From Escherichia coli (GTDB lineage Bacteria; Pseudomonadota; Gammaproteobacteria; Enterobacterales; Enterobacteriaceae): DNA of 64,000 nt. The translations under genes and the position numbers were made by a program. The stretch is from NCBI RefSeq assembly GCF_002854065.1, contig NZ_CP024147.1. The stretch is one strand, 5' to 3'. The notes under the pieces were generated by a model. The model ran no database searches, had not been told where the DNA came from, and saw only the letters and a program-made list of their open reading frames with translations. How positions within the stretch are numbered: the first letter of the stretch is position 1; every line of letters begins with the position of its first letter. This document shows positions 21,344 to 35,460 of the stretch, one piece after another.

Positions 21344-21361
21344 GTACCAGTACACGAGTAC
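21344..21361 (-). promoter_or_regulatory. candidate TrpR operator in the mtr promoter
   Basis: On the mtr strand reads GTACTCGTGTACTGGTAC, a near-palindrome of the GTACT-type Trp repressor operator; mtr is a known TrpR/TyrR target. Confidence 0.4.
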
Positions 21362-21370
21362 AAAAGACAG

Positions 21371-21401
21371 AAAAAAAGCCCCGATGGTTCAAATCGGGGC
21401 T
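21371..21401 (-). terminator. intrinsic terminator downstream of deaD
   Basis: On the minus strand: agccccgatttgaaccatcggggct followed by a T7 run. Confidence 0.7.
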
Positions 21402-21443
21402 GTATATATTATTTTACAGACTGTGTTCGCTGTTCAGCGATGA

Positions 21444-23333
21444 TTACGCATCACCACCGAAACGACGACGACCGGTAGAGTCATCACGACGCGGAGCGCG
21501 GCCTTCACGACGTTCGCCGCTAAAACGACGACCATCACCACGACCACCTTCACGGCGTTCACCGCTGAAGTTACGACCACCTTCACGACGCTCGCCACTG
21601 AAACCACGACCACCGCCACGACGCTCTCCGCCAGTATGCGGCTGTGCATCGCCCAGTAATTGCATATTCATCGGCTTGTTCAGAATGCGAGTACGTGTAA
21701 AGTGTTGCAGCACTTCACCCGGCATACCTTTCGGCAGTTCGATGGTGGAGTGAGAAGCAAACAGCTTAATGTTACCGATGTAACGGCTGCTGATGTCGCC
21801 TTCGTTAGCAATCGCACCAACGATATGACGAACTTCAACACCATCATCGCGGCCCACTTCAATACGGTACAACTGCATATCGCCAACATCACGACGTTCA
21901 CGACGCGGACGATCTTCACGGTCGCCACGCGGACCACGGTCGTTACGATCGCGCGGACCACGGTCATCACGGTCACGGAATTCACGTTTCGGACGCATCG
22001 GCGCATCTGGCGGTACGATCAGAGTACGTTCACCCTGTGCCATTTTCAGCAGTGCCGCAGCCAGAGTTTCGAGATCCAGCTCTTCACCTTCTGCAGTCGG
22101 CTGAATTTTGCTCAGCAGTGCGCGGTATTGATCCAGATCGCTGCTTTCCAGCTGCTGCTGTACTTTAGCGGCGAATTTTTCCAGACGGCGTTTGCCCAGC
22201 AGTTCTGCGTTCGGCAGTTCTACTTCCGGAATAGTCAGCTTCATAGTACGTTCAATGTTGCGCAGCAGACGACGCTCGCGGTTCTCAACGAACAACAGCG
22301 CGCGGCCAGCACGACCCGCACGACCGGTACGACCGATACGGTGAACGTAAGACTCAGAATCCATCGGGATATCGTAGTTAACCACCAGGCTGATACGCTC
22401 AACGTCCAGGCCACGGGCTGCAACGTCGGTCGCAATCAGGATGTCCAGACGACCATCTTTCAGGCGTTCCAGTGTCTGCTCACGCAGCGCCTGGTTCATG
22501 TCACCGTTCAGCGCGGCGCTGTTGTAGCCGTTACGCTCAAGAGCTTCAGCCACTTCCAGAGTCGCATTTTTGGTACGAACGAAGATAATCGCCGCATCAA
22601 AATCTTCCGCTTCCAGGAAACGTACCAGTGCTTCGTTTTTACGCATACCCCAGACAGTCCAGTAGCTCTGGCTGATGTCAGGACGGGTAGTCACGCTGGA
22701 CTGAATGCGCACTTCCTGCGGCTCTTTCATAAAGCGGCGGGTAATGCGACGAATCGCTTCCGGCATGGTTGCAGAGAACAGAGCGGTCTGATGACCTTCC
22801 GGGATCTGCGCCATAATAGTTTCAACGTCTTCGATGAAGCCCATGCGCAGCATTTCGTCAGCTTCATCCAGAACCAGACCGCTCAGTTTAGAGAGGTCCA
22901 GAGTGCCACGTTTCAGGTGGTCCAGCAGACGGCCCGGAGTACCGACAACGATCTGCGGCCCCTGACGCAGGGCGCGTAATTGCACGTCATAACGCTGGCC
23001 GCCGTACAGGGCAACCACATTTACGCCGCGCATGTGTTTAGAGAAATCCGTCATTGCTTCAGCAACCTGTACCGCCAGTTCGCGGGTCGGTGCCAGCACC
23101 AGAATCTGTGGTGCTTTCAGCTCAGGATCAAGATTTTGCAGCAGAGGTAAAGAGAATGCTGCAGTTTTTCCGCTCCCCGTCTGGGCCATACCCAGAACGT
23201 CGCGGCCATTCAGCAGATGTGGAATACACTCTGCCTGAATTGGAGATGGTTTTTCGTAACCCAGATCGTTAAGGGCTTCAAGGATAGGAGCCTTCAGGCC
23301 CAGATCTGCAAAAGTGGTTTCGAATTCAGCCAT
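21444..23333 (-). CDS. deaD: ATP-dependent DEAD-box RNA helicase DeaD/CsdA
   Basis: ATG at 23333 ([13 protein letters not shown]...) gives 629 aa; DEAD-box motifs ([12 protein letters not shown]); Arg/Gly-rich repetitive C-terminal tail. Confidence 0.93.
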
Positions 23334-23512
23334 GTAGTACGTGTGCCTCAAAATTAATGGCGGCCAGTCTACATAACTCATCATGAAATTGATCAGCAAT
23401 TTTCATTGAAAAGTGTGAACCGGCTCAAAGTAGGTGTATTAACGAACAACAACGCCCTCACCCGTTAAGGTGATGGCAATCAAAAAAGATTACGGGCTGA
23501 TGTGTACGTCAG

Positions 23513-24397
23513 CTATTGCTGGTCCGATTCTGCCAGGTCATCTTGGTCCTGGCCCAGGAGCGATAATTCCAACAATGCGTATCGGTGCTCAACAAAGTTA
23601 TGAACGTTGTTGGCAACCGCCAGTTTGAACAGTGCCGTGGCGCTGTCCAAATCCCCCAGACTTAGGTAGTACTTACCTAAATAGAAGTTGGTTTCACTGA
23701 GATGCTCAGCGAGCGAGGTGTTATCCGTTGCGTCCGCCTTGAGCCTTTCCATTAACGTTTGTTCGCTAATGTTGCCCAGGTAGAACTCGACAATGTTCCA
23801 TCCCCACTGTTCCTTATCCGATTTTTCGAAGTGCTGTTTCAACACTTCTTTAGCCTGCTTCTCATCGAGCTTCTGCTCGGCGAGATAAAGCCACAGACTA
23901 CGGAAAGGATCATTGGGATCGTCTTGATAAAACGCCAGCAGATCATCTTGCGCTAACTTGTCACGACCGCCGTAATATAATGCGATCCCGCGATTCAAGT
24001 GCGCGTAGTTGTAAGTTGGATCAAGCTCAAGTACAGAATCAAACGCTTCATAGGCAGCATCAAAATTGCCTGCCTGCGTTAAATATATGCCTAAGTAATT
24101 GAATACTTCAGGCATATCCGGTCGGATTGCCAGCGCTTGCGAAAAATCGTTACGCGCTAATGCCCTCAGACCGAGACTATCATACAACACTCCGCGCTCA
24201 TATAAAAGCTGTGCGCGTTCGTCATCGGTTAAAGCCCGACTGGCAAGGATTTGTTCCATACGTGCCAGAATCACTTCCTGCTGTAAAGTCGGTTGCAATG
24301 GTACCGCGAGGACTTCACTTTTACGCCAGGAAGTATTACTGCATCCTGCAAGCGTAAGTGCTGTCGCAACGAAACACCAGCGCAAAAAAGGCTTCAT
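23513..24397 (-). CDS. nlpI: TPR-repeat lipoprotein NlpI
   Basis: ORF 294 aa with lipobox LTLAGCS and TPR repeats. Confidence 0.93.
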
Positions 24398-24505
24398 TTC
24401 CCACTCCCGAAGACCACGGTTGAATGAACGTCCTGTTCCCGGTTGCTAACAAGGCGTCCTGCCCGGTTAAAAGCCCCCCGCCGCAGCGGAGGGCAAATGG
24501 CAACC

Positions 24506-26641
24506 TTACTCGCCCTGTTCAGCAGCCGGAGCTTCCGGTGCTGCAGCAGGTTGAGACTGCTCAGTCGCTTCTTTAATGCTCAGACGGATACGGCCCTGGC
24601 GATCAACTTCCAGAACTTTCACCGGTACTTCCTGACCCATCTGCAGGTAATCGGTCACTTTCTCAACGCGTTTGTCAGCGATTTGAGAGATGTGTACCAA
24701 ACCTTCTTTACCGCCGCCGATGGCAACAAATGCGCCAAAGTCAACGATACGGGTCACTTTACCATTGTAGACGCGGCCCACTTCGATTTCTGCAGTGATC
24801 TCTTCGATACGACGAATAGCGTGTTTCGCTTTCTCGCCGTCGGTCGCTGCGATCTTCACAGTACCGTCATCTTCGATTTCGATGGTGGTGCCGGTTTCTT
24901 CGGTCAGGGCACGGATAACAGAGCCGCCTTTACCGATAACATCTTTGATCTTGTCCGGGTTGATCTTGATGGTATGGATACGCGGTGCGAACTCAGAGAT
25001 ATCGCCACGCGGCGCGTTGATCGCCTGTTCCATTACACCCAGGATGTGCAGACGCGCACCTTTAGCCTGGTTCAGTGCAACCTGCATGATCTCTTTGGTG
25101 ATACCTTCAATTTTGATATCCATCTGCAATGCAGAGATACCGTCGCGGGAACCCGCAACTTTGAAGTCCATATCGCCCAGGTGATCTTCGTCGCCCAAAA
25201 TGTCAGACAGTACAACGTAGTTGTCGCCTTCTTTCACCAGACCCATTGCGATACCCGCAACGGCAGCTTTGATCGGCACACCTGCGTCCATCAGCGCCAG
25301 AGACGCGCCGCACACGGAAGCCATAGAAGAGGAACCGTTGGATTCAGTGATTTCAGACACAACACGTACGGTGTACGGGAATTTGTCCATATCTGGCATG
25401 ACTGCCAGCACACCGCGCTTCGCCAGACGACCGTGACCAATTTCACGACGCTTCGGAGAACCGACCATGCCGGTTTCGCCTACGGAGTACGGAGGGAAGT
25501 TGTAGTGGAACAGGAAGGTGTCGGTACGTTCGCCCATCAGTTCATCAAGAACCTGTGCGTCACGAGCGGTACCCAGCGTTGCAGTAACCAGTGCCTGCGT
25601 TTCACCACGGGTGAACAGCGCAGAACCGTGAGTACGCGGCAGCACGCCAGTACGCACATCCAGACCACGGATCATATCTTTTTCACGACCGTCGATACGC
25701 GGTTCGCCTGCCAGTACGCGGCTACGAACAACGTTTTTCTCGATCGCGTGCAGAATCTCACCCAGTTCGTTTTCGTCCAGGGTTTCGTCTTCAGCAAGCA
25801 GCGTTGCGATGGTTTCAGATTTGATGACATCAACCTGCGCATAACGCTCTTGTTTGTCGGTGATGCGATAAGCATCGCTCAGACGAGCTTCAGCCAGTGC
25901 AGCAACGCGCGCGTTCAGCGCTTCGTTTACCGGCTCCGGCTGCCAGTCCCAACGCGGTTTACCGGCTTCTTTCACCAGTTCATTGATGTTCTGAATAACA
26001 ACCTGCTGTTGTTCATGACCGAACACTACTGCGCCCAGCATCTGGTCTTCGCTCAGCAGTTCAGCTTCAGATTCAACCATCAGTACAGCGGCTTCAGTAC
26101 CCGCAACAACCAGATCCAGTTTGCTCTCTTTCAGCTCGTCCTGAGTCGGGTTCAGTACGTACTGGTCATTGATGTAACCTACGCGGGCAGCACCAATCGG
26201 ACCATTGAACGGAATACCAGACAGAGACAGTGCTGCGGAAGCACCAATCATCGCGACGATATCCGGGTTAACTTGCGGGTTAACAGAAACCACGGTGGCG
26301 ATAACCTGAACTTCGTTGACGAAGCCTTCCGGGAACAGCGGGCGAATCGGGCGGTCAATCAGACGCGCGATCAGGGTTTCGCCTTCGCTTGGGCGGCCTT
26401 CACGACGGAAGAAGCTACCCGGGATACGACCAGCAGCGTAGGTACGCTCCTGATAGTTAACGGTCAGTGGGAAGAAATCCTGACCTGGTTTGGCTTTTTT
26501 CTGGCCAACAACGGTAACAAATACCGCGGTGTCATCCATGCTAACCATAACAGCGGCAGTAGCCTGACGAGCCATCATGCCGGTTTCCAGAGTCACGGTG
26601 TGTTGGCCGTACTGGAATTTACGAACGATCGGATTAAGCAA
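24506..26641 (-). CDS. pnp: polynucleotide phosphorylase (PNPase)
   Basis: ORF-track 740 aa trimmed to the TTG start at 26641 ([21 protein letters not shown]...) giving 711 aa; C-terminal KH/S1 domains. Confidence 0.93.
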   Translation of the reverse strand: MLNPIVRKFQYGQHTVTLETGMMARQATAAVMVSMDDTAVFVTVVGQKKAKPGQDFFPLTVNYQERTYAAGRIPGSFFRREGRPSEGETLIARLIDRPIRPLFPEGFVNEVQVIATVVSVNPQVNPDIVAMIGASAALSLSGIPFNGPIGAARVGYINDQYVLNPTQDELKESKLDLVVAGTEAAVLMVESEAELLSEDQMLGAVVFGHEQQQVVIQNINELVKEAGKPRWDWQPEPVNEALNARVAALAEARLSDAYRITDKQERYAQVDVIKSETIATLLAEDETLDENELGEILHAIEKNVVRSRVLAGEPRIDGREKDMIRGLDVRTGVLPRTHGSALFTRGETQALVTATLGTARDAQVLDELMGERTDTFLFHYNFPPYSVGETGMVGSPKRREIGHGRLAKRGVLAVMPDMDKFPYTVRVVSEITESNGSSSMASVCGASLALMDAGVPIKAAVAGIAMGLVKEGDNYVVLSDILGDEDHLGDMDFKVAGSRDGISALQMDIKIEGITKEIMQVALNQAKGARLHILGVMEQAINAPRGDISEFAPRIHTIKINPDKIKDVIGKGGSVIRALTEETGTTIEIEDDGTVKIAATDGEKAKHAIRRIEEITAEIEVGRVYNGKVTRIVDFGAFVAIGGGKEGLVHISQIADKRVEKVTDYLQMGQEVPVKVLEVDRQGRIRLSIKEATEQSQPAAAPEAPAAEQGE

Positions 26642-26843
26642 TGTAATATCCTTTCTCTTTCTTAGACAGTACCTTACGGCACTGGTGTTAATACCCGATC
26701 TTCTGCGCATCCTCGCGACTAATGACAACCCTAACCCAGCCCAATGTGGGTAAAGCCTCTCATTAGCCGCGCGAACCTCTGCAACGGAAGATCATTCATA
26801 GCAACAATACATTAGTTTCCAGTGAATTGCTGCCGTCAGCTTG
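26642..26843 (-). promoter_or_regulatory. pnp 5' leader (autoregulatory, RNase III-processed region in E. coli)
   Basis: ~200-nt untranslated leader between the rpsO terminator and the pnp start; role assigned from established knowledge of the rpsO-pnp operon, not from a structure calculation. Confidence 0.5.
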
Positions 26844-26872
26844 AAAAAAGGGGCCACTCAGGCCCCCTTTTC
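26844..26872 (-). terminator. rpsO intrinsic terminator
   Basis: aaaaaaggggccactcaggcccccttttc: GC-rich hairpin flanked by A/T runs directly after the rpsO stop. Confidence 0.75.
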
Positions 26873-26887
26873 TGAAACTCGCAAGAA

Positions 26888-27253
<366 letters not shown>

Positions 27254-27305
27254 TTAAGCGGCAGTATTCTACTCGTAGCGACCTGTTATCGCAAGACGGT
27301 TAACA

Positions 27306-28250
27306 TTACGCCGGGTATTCAACCACCAGACGACGAGGCGCAACGCGGCCTTCATCGTCAATTTCGCCCATACCGATAAACTTGCCGTTCTCACCTTCCG
27401 TAACGCGAACCAGTCCTTCCAGCGGCGCGCCAGATGTACGAACCGGGTTACCATTTTTGAAGTAAACAGAAGACATTAACGGAAGATTCACCACCGTGTA
27501 GTCCGAAGCTGGACTGTCCATTGGCATCAGTAATGGATCAAGTAACTCCGCAGCCGGAATATCCTGCTGTTCGGCTTGTTCGACCAGTTCACGCAGATGT
27601 TCCAGGGTCACCATCCGTTCAACCGGATATTTACTTACCGCCAGACGACGCAGGTAAATAACATGCGCGCCACAACCGAGTTTTTCACCCAGGTCATCAA
27701 TGATGGTGCGGATATAAGTGCCTTTTGAGCAGTGAATTTCCAGCTCCAACTCATTGCCTTCATGGCGAATAAACAGCAATTCATAAACGGTAATTGGACG
27801 CGCTTCACGCGGAACTTCAATGCCCTGACGCGCATATTCGTACAGTTTTTTGCCCTGGTATTTCAGTGCTGAATACATCGATGGGATCTGTTCGATATCG
27901 CCACGGAAAGTATCCAGTGCCGCCGCCAGTTGTTCTGCACTAAAGGTTACCGGACGCTCTTCAACGATTTGTCCGTCGGCGTCAGAAGTATCGGTACGCT
28001 GTCCAAGACGCGCAATAACCCGATAGCGTTTGTCGGAGTCCAGCAGATACTGGGAAAACTTCGTCGCTTCCCCGAGGCAAATCGGCAACATGCCGGTCGC
28101 CAGCGGGTCCAGCGCACCGGTATGCCCGGCACGGTTGGCGTTATAAATCCGTTTCACTTTTTGCAGCGCATCGTTGCTGGACATACCCTGAGGTTTATCC
28201 AGCAACAAAACGCCGTTAATGTCGCGACCGCGACGACGAGGACGACTCAT
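27306..28250 (-). CDS. truB: tRNA pseudouridine(55) synthase
   Basis: ORF 314 aa matching TruB. Confidence 0.95.
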   Translation of the reverse strand: MSRPRRRGRDINGVLLLDKPQGMSSNDALQKVKRIYNANRAGHTGALDPLATGMLPICLGEATKFSQYLLDSDKRYRVIARLGQRTDTSDADGQIVEERPVTFSAEQLAAALDTFRGDIEQIPSMYSALKYQGKKLYEYARQGIEVPREARPITVYELLFIRHEGNELELEIHCSKGTYIRTIIDDLGEKLGCGAHVIYLRRLAVSKYPVERMVTLEHLRELVEQAEQQDIPAAELLDPLLMPMDSPASDYTVVNLPLMSSVYFKNGNPVRTSGAPLEGLVRVTEGENGKFIGMGEIDDEGRVAPRRLVVEYPA

Positions 28251-28651
28251 TAGTCCTCCTTGCTGTCGTCCGGGTTAACACGACGTTCTTCGTCATGTTT
28301 GACCACGCTGGTCACCAGGTTTGACATGCGCATCCCTTCAACCAGAGAGTTGTCGTAGAAGAAGGTCAGTTCCGGCACGATACGCAGGCGCATCGCTTTC
28401 CCCAGCAGGCTGCGGATGAAACCAGAAGCTTCTTGCAACGCTTTGATGCCCGCTTTAACCGCGTCTTCATCTTTGTCGTTGAGGAACGTCACATATACTT
28501 TGGCATACGCCAGGTCGCGAGACATTTCGACACCGGAAACGGTGGTCATCATGCCCAAGCGAGGATCTTTAATTTCACGCTGCAGGATGAGAGCGATCTC
28601 TTTTTGCATTTCCTGCGCTACGCGCTGCGGGCGACCAAATTCTTTCGCCAT
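28250..28651 (-). CDS. rbfA: ribosome-binding factor A
   Basis: ATG at 28651 ([11 protein letters not shown]...), 133 aa. Confidence 0.93.
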
Positions 28652-28668
28652 AATAAATTCTCCTGACA

Positions 28669-28697
28669 AAAAAGGGGCTGTTAGCCCCTTTTTAAAA
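28669..28697. terminator. hairpin with flanking A/T runs between infB and rbfA (possible attenuator/terminator)
   Basis: aaaaaggggctgttagcccctttttaaaa: perfect 7-bp GC-rich stem, 4-nt loop, T-run on both strands. Confidence 0.45.
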
Positions 28698-28729
28698 TTA
28701 ATTTCAGGTGGAAGGGCTGTTCACGTTGG

Positions 28730-28802
28730 CCTGATAAGACGCGCCAGCGTCACATCAGGCAATCCATGCCGGATGCGACGTAAACGCCTTATCCCGCATG
28801 GA
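28730..28802. repeat. REP/BIME palindromic units
   Basis: gcctgataagacgcgccagcgtcacatcaggc and gccggatgcgacgtaaacgccttatcccgcatgg. Confidence 0.65.
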
Positions 28803-28814
28803 ACCCTAAAAACC

Positions 28815-31487
28815 TTAAGCGATGGTACGTTGGATCTCGATGATTTCGAATACTTCGATCACATCGCCAGTGCGGACGTCGTTGTAGTTCTTAACGCCGA
28901 TACCACATTCCATACCGTTACGGACTTCGTTAACGTCATCTTTGAAGCGGCGCAGGGACTCCAGCTCGCCTTCATAGATAACCACGTTGTCACGCAGAAC
29001 GCGGATCGGGTTGTGACGTTTAACCACACCTTCGGTAACCATACAGCCTGCGATGGCACCAAATTTCGGCGATTTGAACACGTCACGAACTTCCGCCAGA
29101 CCGATAATCTGCTGTTTCAGTTCCGGAGACAGCATACCGCTCATCGCCGCTTTCACTTCGTCAATCAGGTTATAGATGACGGAGTAGTAACGCAGATCCA
29201 GGCTTTCCGCTTCAATCACTTTACGTGCAGAGGCATCAGCACGTACGTTAAAGCCAACCAGGATGGCGTTGGACGCCGCAGCCAGGGTGGCGTCGGTTTC
29301 GGTGATACCACCTACGCCAGAACCGATGATCTTCACTTTAACTTCGTCAGTAGACAGTTTCAGCAAGGAGTCGGAGATCGCTTCGACAGAACCCTGTACG
29401 TCTGCCTTGAGGACGATATTCACTTCGTGAACTTCGCCTTCGGTCATGTTGGCGAACATGTTCTCGAGTTTAGATTTCTGCTGACGCGCCAGTTTAACTT
29501 CGCGGAATTTACCCTGACGATAGAGTGCAACTTCACGCGCTTTCTTCTCGTCACGTACAACGGTAACTTCATCACCCGCAGCCGGAACACCGGACAAGCC
29601 GAGGATTTCCACCGGAATGGACGGACCCGCTTCCAGCACTTCCTGACCCAGTTCGTTACGCATCGCACGAACACGACCGTATTCGAAGCCACACAGAACG
29701 ATATCGCCCTTGTGCAGAGTACCTTCACGTACCAGAACGGTAGCAACCGGACCACGACCTTTATCGAGGAAGGATTCGATAACCGCACCGCTCGCCATAC
29801 CTTTACGTACCGCTTTCAGCTCCAGAACTTCCGCCTGCAGCAGGATAGCGTCCAGCAGTTCATCGATACCGGTACCCGCTTTCGCAGATACGTGTACGAA
29901 CTGGCTTTCACCGCCCCACTCTTCCGGCAGGATGCCGTACTGGGAGAGTTCGTTCTTAACGCGATCCGGATCGGCTTCTGGTTTATCGATCTTGTTCACT
30001 GCAACCACCACCGGTACCTGCGCCGCTTTCGCGTGCTGGATTGCTTCGATGGTCTGCGGCATTACGCCGTCGTCGGCAGCAACAACCAGGACTACGATGT
30101 CAGTTGCCTGCGCACCACGTGCACGCATTGAAGTAAACGCGGCGTGCCCCGGGGTGTCCAGGAAGGTGATCATGCCGTTTTCAGTTTCAACGTGGTATGC
30201 ACCAATGTGCTGGGTAATGCCGCCCGCTTCGCCAGAGGCCACTTTCGTTGAGCGAATGTAGTCCAGCAGAGAGGTTTTACCGTGGTCAACGTGACCCATG
30301 ATGGTCACAACCGGCGCGCGCGGTTCAGCCGCAGCACCCGTGTCACGGTCGCTCATTACCGCCTCTTCCAGCTCGTTTTCACGACGCAGGATAACTTTGT
30401 GGCCCATCTCTTCAGCAACCAGCTGTGCGGTTTCCTGATCGATAACCTGGTTGATGGTTGCCATTGCGCCCAGTTTCATCATCGCTTTGATGACCTGAGA
30501 GCCTTTAACCGCCATCTTGTTCGCCAGTTCGCCAACGGTGATAGTTTCGCCGATCACAACGTCACGGTTAACGGCCTGAGCAGGCTTCTGGAAGCCTTGC
30601 TGCAGCGAAGAACCTTTACGTTTTCCGCCCTTACCGCCACGTACTGCTGCGCGTGCTTCTTCACGATCAGCTTTTGATTCAGCGTGTTTGTTGCCTTTCT
30701 TCGGACGCGCTGCTTTCGCGTTACGACCACGGCCACGGCCGCCTTCGACTTCACGATCGCTTTCGTCTTCTGCCTGGCGAGCATGTTGAGAAGTAGTGAC
30801 GTGATAATCGCTGGAATCTTCAGTCGGTTCCGCGTTATCAGTCCATTTGTTTTCTTCCGCCATACGACGTGCTTCTTCAGCAACGCGACGTGCTTCTTCT
30901 TCGAGTTTACGACGCGCTTCTTCTTCGGCTTTACGCTTGAGCTCTGCAGCTTCCTGCTCACGGCGGGCTTTTTCAGCCTGGGCGTTTTTAGTCATATCGT
31001 CTTGTTGATTGCTCACTTTGTCTTTTTCCGCAGCTTCACGTTTCGCTTGTTCAGCAGCTTCACGCTTAGCTTGTTCTGCGGCCTCACGTTCAGCTTTTTG
31101 TTGCGCCTCGCGTTTAGCCGATTCTTCTGCCTCACGACGGGCTTGCTCTTCCGCTTCACGCTGCGCTTGCTCTTCCGCTGCAAGGCGTTCAGCCTCTTGC
31201 GGATCGCGTTTCACAAAGGTGCGTTTCTTGCGGACTTCGATTTGTACCGATTTGCTTTTTCCACCGGTACCAGGAATGTTAAGGGTGCTGCGTGTTTTAC
31301 GTTGCAGCGTCAATTTGTCCGGGCCTGAATTTTTCTGATTCAGGTGGTCAATCAAAGTCTGTTTCTCTTGTGCAGACACAGAGTCGTCAGCAGACTTCCG
31401 GATACCTGCATCAGCAAATTGCTGTACCAGGCGTTCCACGGAGGTCTGTCGCTCTGCGGCCAGCGTTTTAATCGTTACATCTGTCAT
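28815..31487 (-). CDS. infB: translation initiation factor IF-2
   Basis: ORF 890 aa; GTP-binding motifs (GHVDHGKT); repetitive acidic/basic N-terminal domain. Confidence 0.95.
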
Positions 31488-31511
31488 GCTGTTCCTTCCT
31501 GCTACAGTTTA

Positions 31512-32999
<1,488 letters not shown>

Positions 33000-33026
33000 C
33001 GCGGGCTTTTCACCTCATCCAGACTA

Positions 33027-33479
33027 TTAAAAGTGGGGAACCAGGTTCGCCTTCTGGATATTACTCAGCGCGAACACTTCATCTTTACCTTCGACGGTAA
33101 CTGTGATCATTTCACCGTCTACCGCTTTGATAACGCCCTGCCATTTACGACGGTTTTGTACCGCCATACGGAGAACCAGAGTCACCTCTTCTCCGACAAA
33201 ACGGGCGTAGTGTTCAGCCGTGAACAGTGGGCGATCGAGACCCGGTGAGGAGACTTCCAGGTTATAAGCAACGGTGATGGGATCTTCAACATCCAGCACA
33301 GCACTTACCTGGTGGCTCACATCAGCACAATCATCAACATTGATGCCATCTTCACTATCAATATAGATGCGCAGTGTGGATGTGCGACCGCGAATAAATT
33401 CGATGCCAACCAGTTCAAAACCCAGGGCCTCAACTGGCGCAGTAATCATCTCTGTTAATTTTTGCTCTAATGTGGACAA
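33027..33479 (-). CDS. rimP: ribosome maturation factor RimP
   Basis: ORF-track 33027..33491; three in-frame non-AUG starts (TTG 33491, GTG 33485, TTG 33479); TTG at 33479 gives the 150-aa RimP ([11 protein letters not shown]...). Confidence 0.85.
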
Positions 33480-33540
33480 GCCCACCCCCAAGACATAAAA
33501 AAAGGGCCTAAAGCCCAGTTATTCTGTAGTCAGATAACAA

Positions 33541-33565
33541 AAAACCCCGATAAATCGGGGCTTTA
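33541..33565 (-). terminator. intrinsic terminator/attenuator between metY and rimP
   Basis: On the minus strand: agccccgatttatcggggtttt, a stem-loop followed by a U-run. Confidence 0.6.
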
Positions 33566-33685
33566 TATAACTGAACCCTATAACCGCAACTGCGGTCTGG
33601 AGCACTTTCCAGAAGGATTTTTTCAAATCCCACTACGAAGGCCGAAGTCTTCACAGTATATTTGAAAAAGAACTCTAAGGGAAAG

Positions 33686-33762
<77 letters not shown>

Positions 33763-34019
33763 CCTGAAACGTGGCAAATTCTACTCGTTTTGGGTAAAAA
33801 ATGCAAATACTGCTGGGATTTGGTGTACCGAGACGGGACGTAAAATCTGCAGGCATTATAGTGATCCATGCCACATTTTGTCAACGTTTATTGCTAATCA
33901 CGTGAATGAATATCCAGTTCACTTTCATTTGTTGAATACTTTTGCCTTCTCCTGCTCTCCCTTAAGCGCATTATTTTACAAAAAACACACTAAACTCTTC
34001 CTGTCTCCGATAAAAGATG

Positions 34020-34068
34020 ATTAAATGAAAACTCATTTATTTTGCATAAAAATTCAGTGAGAGCGGAA
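34020..34068 (+). promoter_or_regulatory. candidate ARG boxes (ArgR operator) upstream of argG
   Basis: aatgaaaactcatttatt and tttgcataaaaattcagt resemble the ARG-box consensus TNTGAATWWWWATTCANW; argG is ArgR-regulated. Confidence 0.4.
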
Positions 34069-34094
34069 ATCCAGGCTCATCATCAGTTAATTAA

Positions 34095-35453
<1,359 letters not shown>

Positions 35454-35460
35454 TTCGACA

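Noticed and set aside
21660-22979. 439-aa ORF on the plus strand
   Set aside because: Lies entirely antisense to deaD; it is a stop-free shadow frame of a highly expressed gene, low-complexity, with no start context
24443-26665. 740-aa ORF on the plus strand
   Set aside because: Exact antisense shadow of pnp; the pnp reading is strongly supported by PNPase domain sequence
28416-30131. 571-aa ORF on the plus strand
   Set aside because: Antisense to infB; shadow ORF
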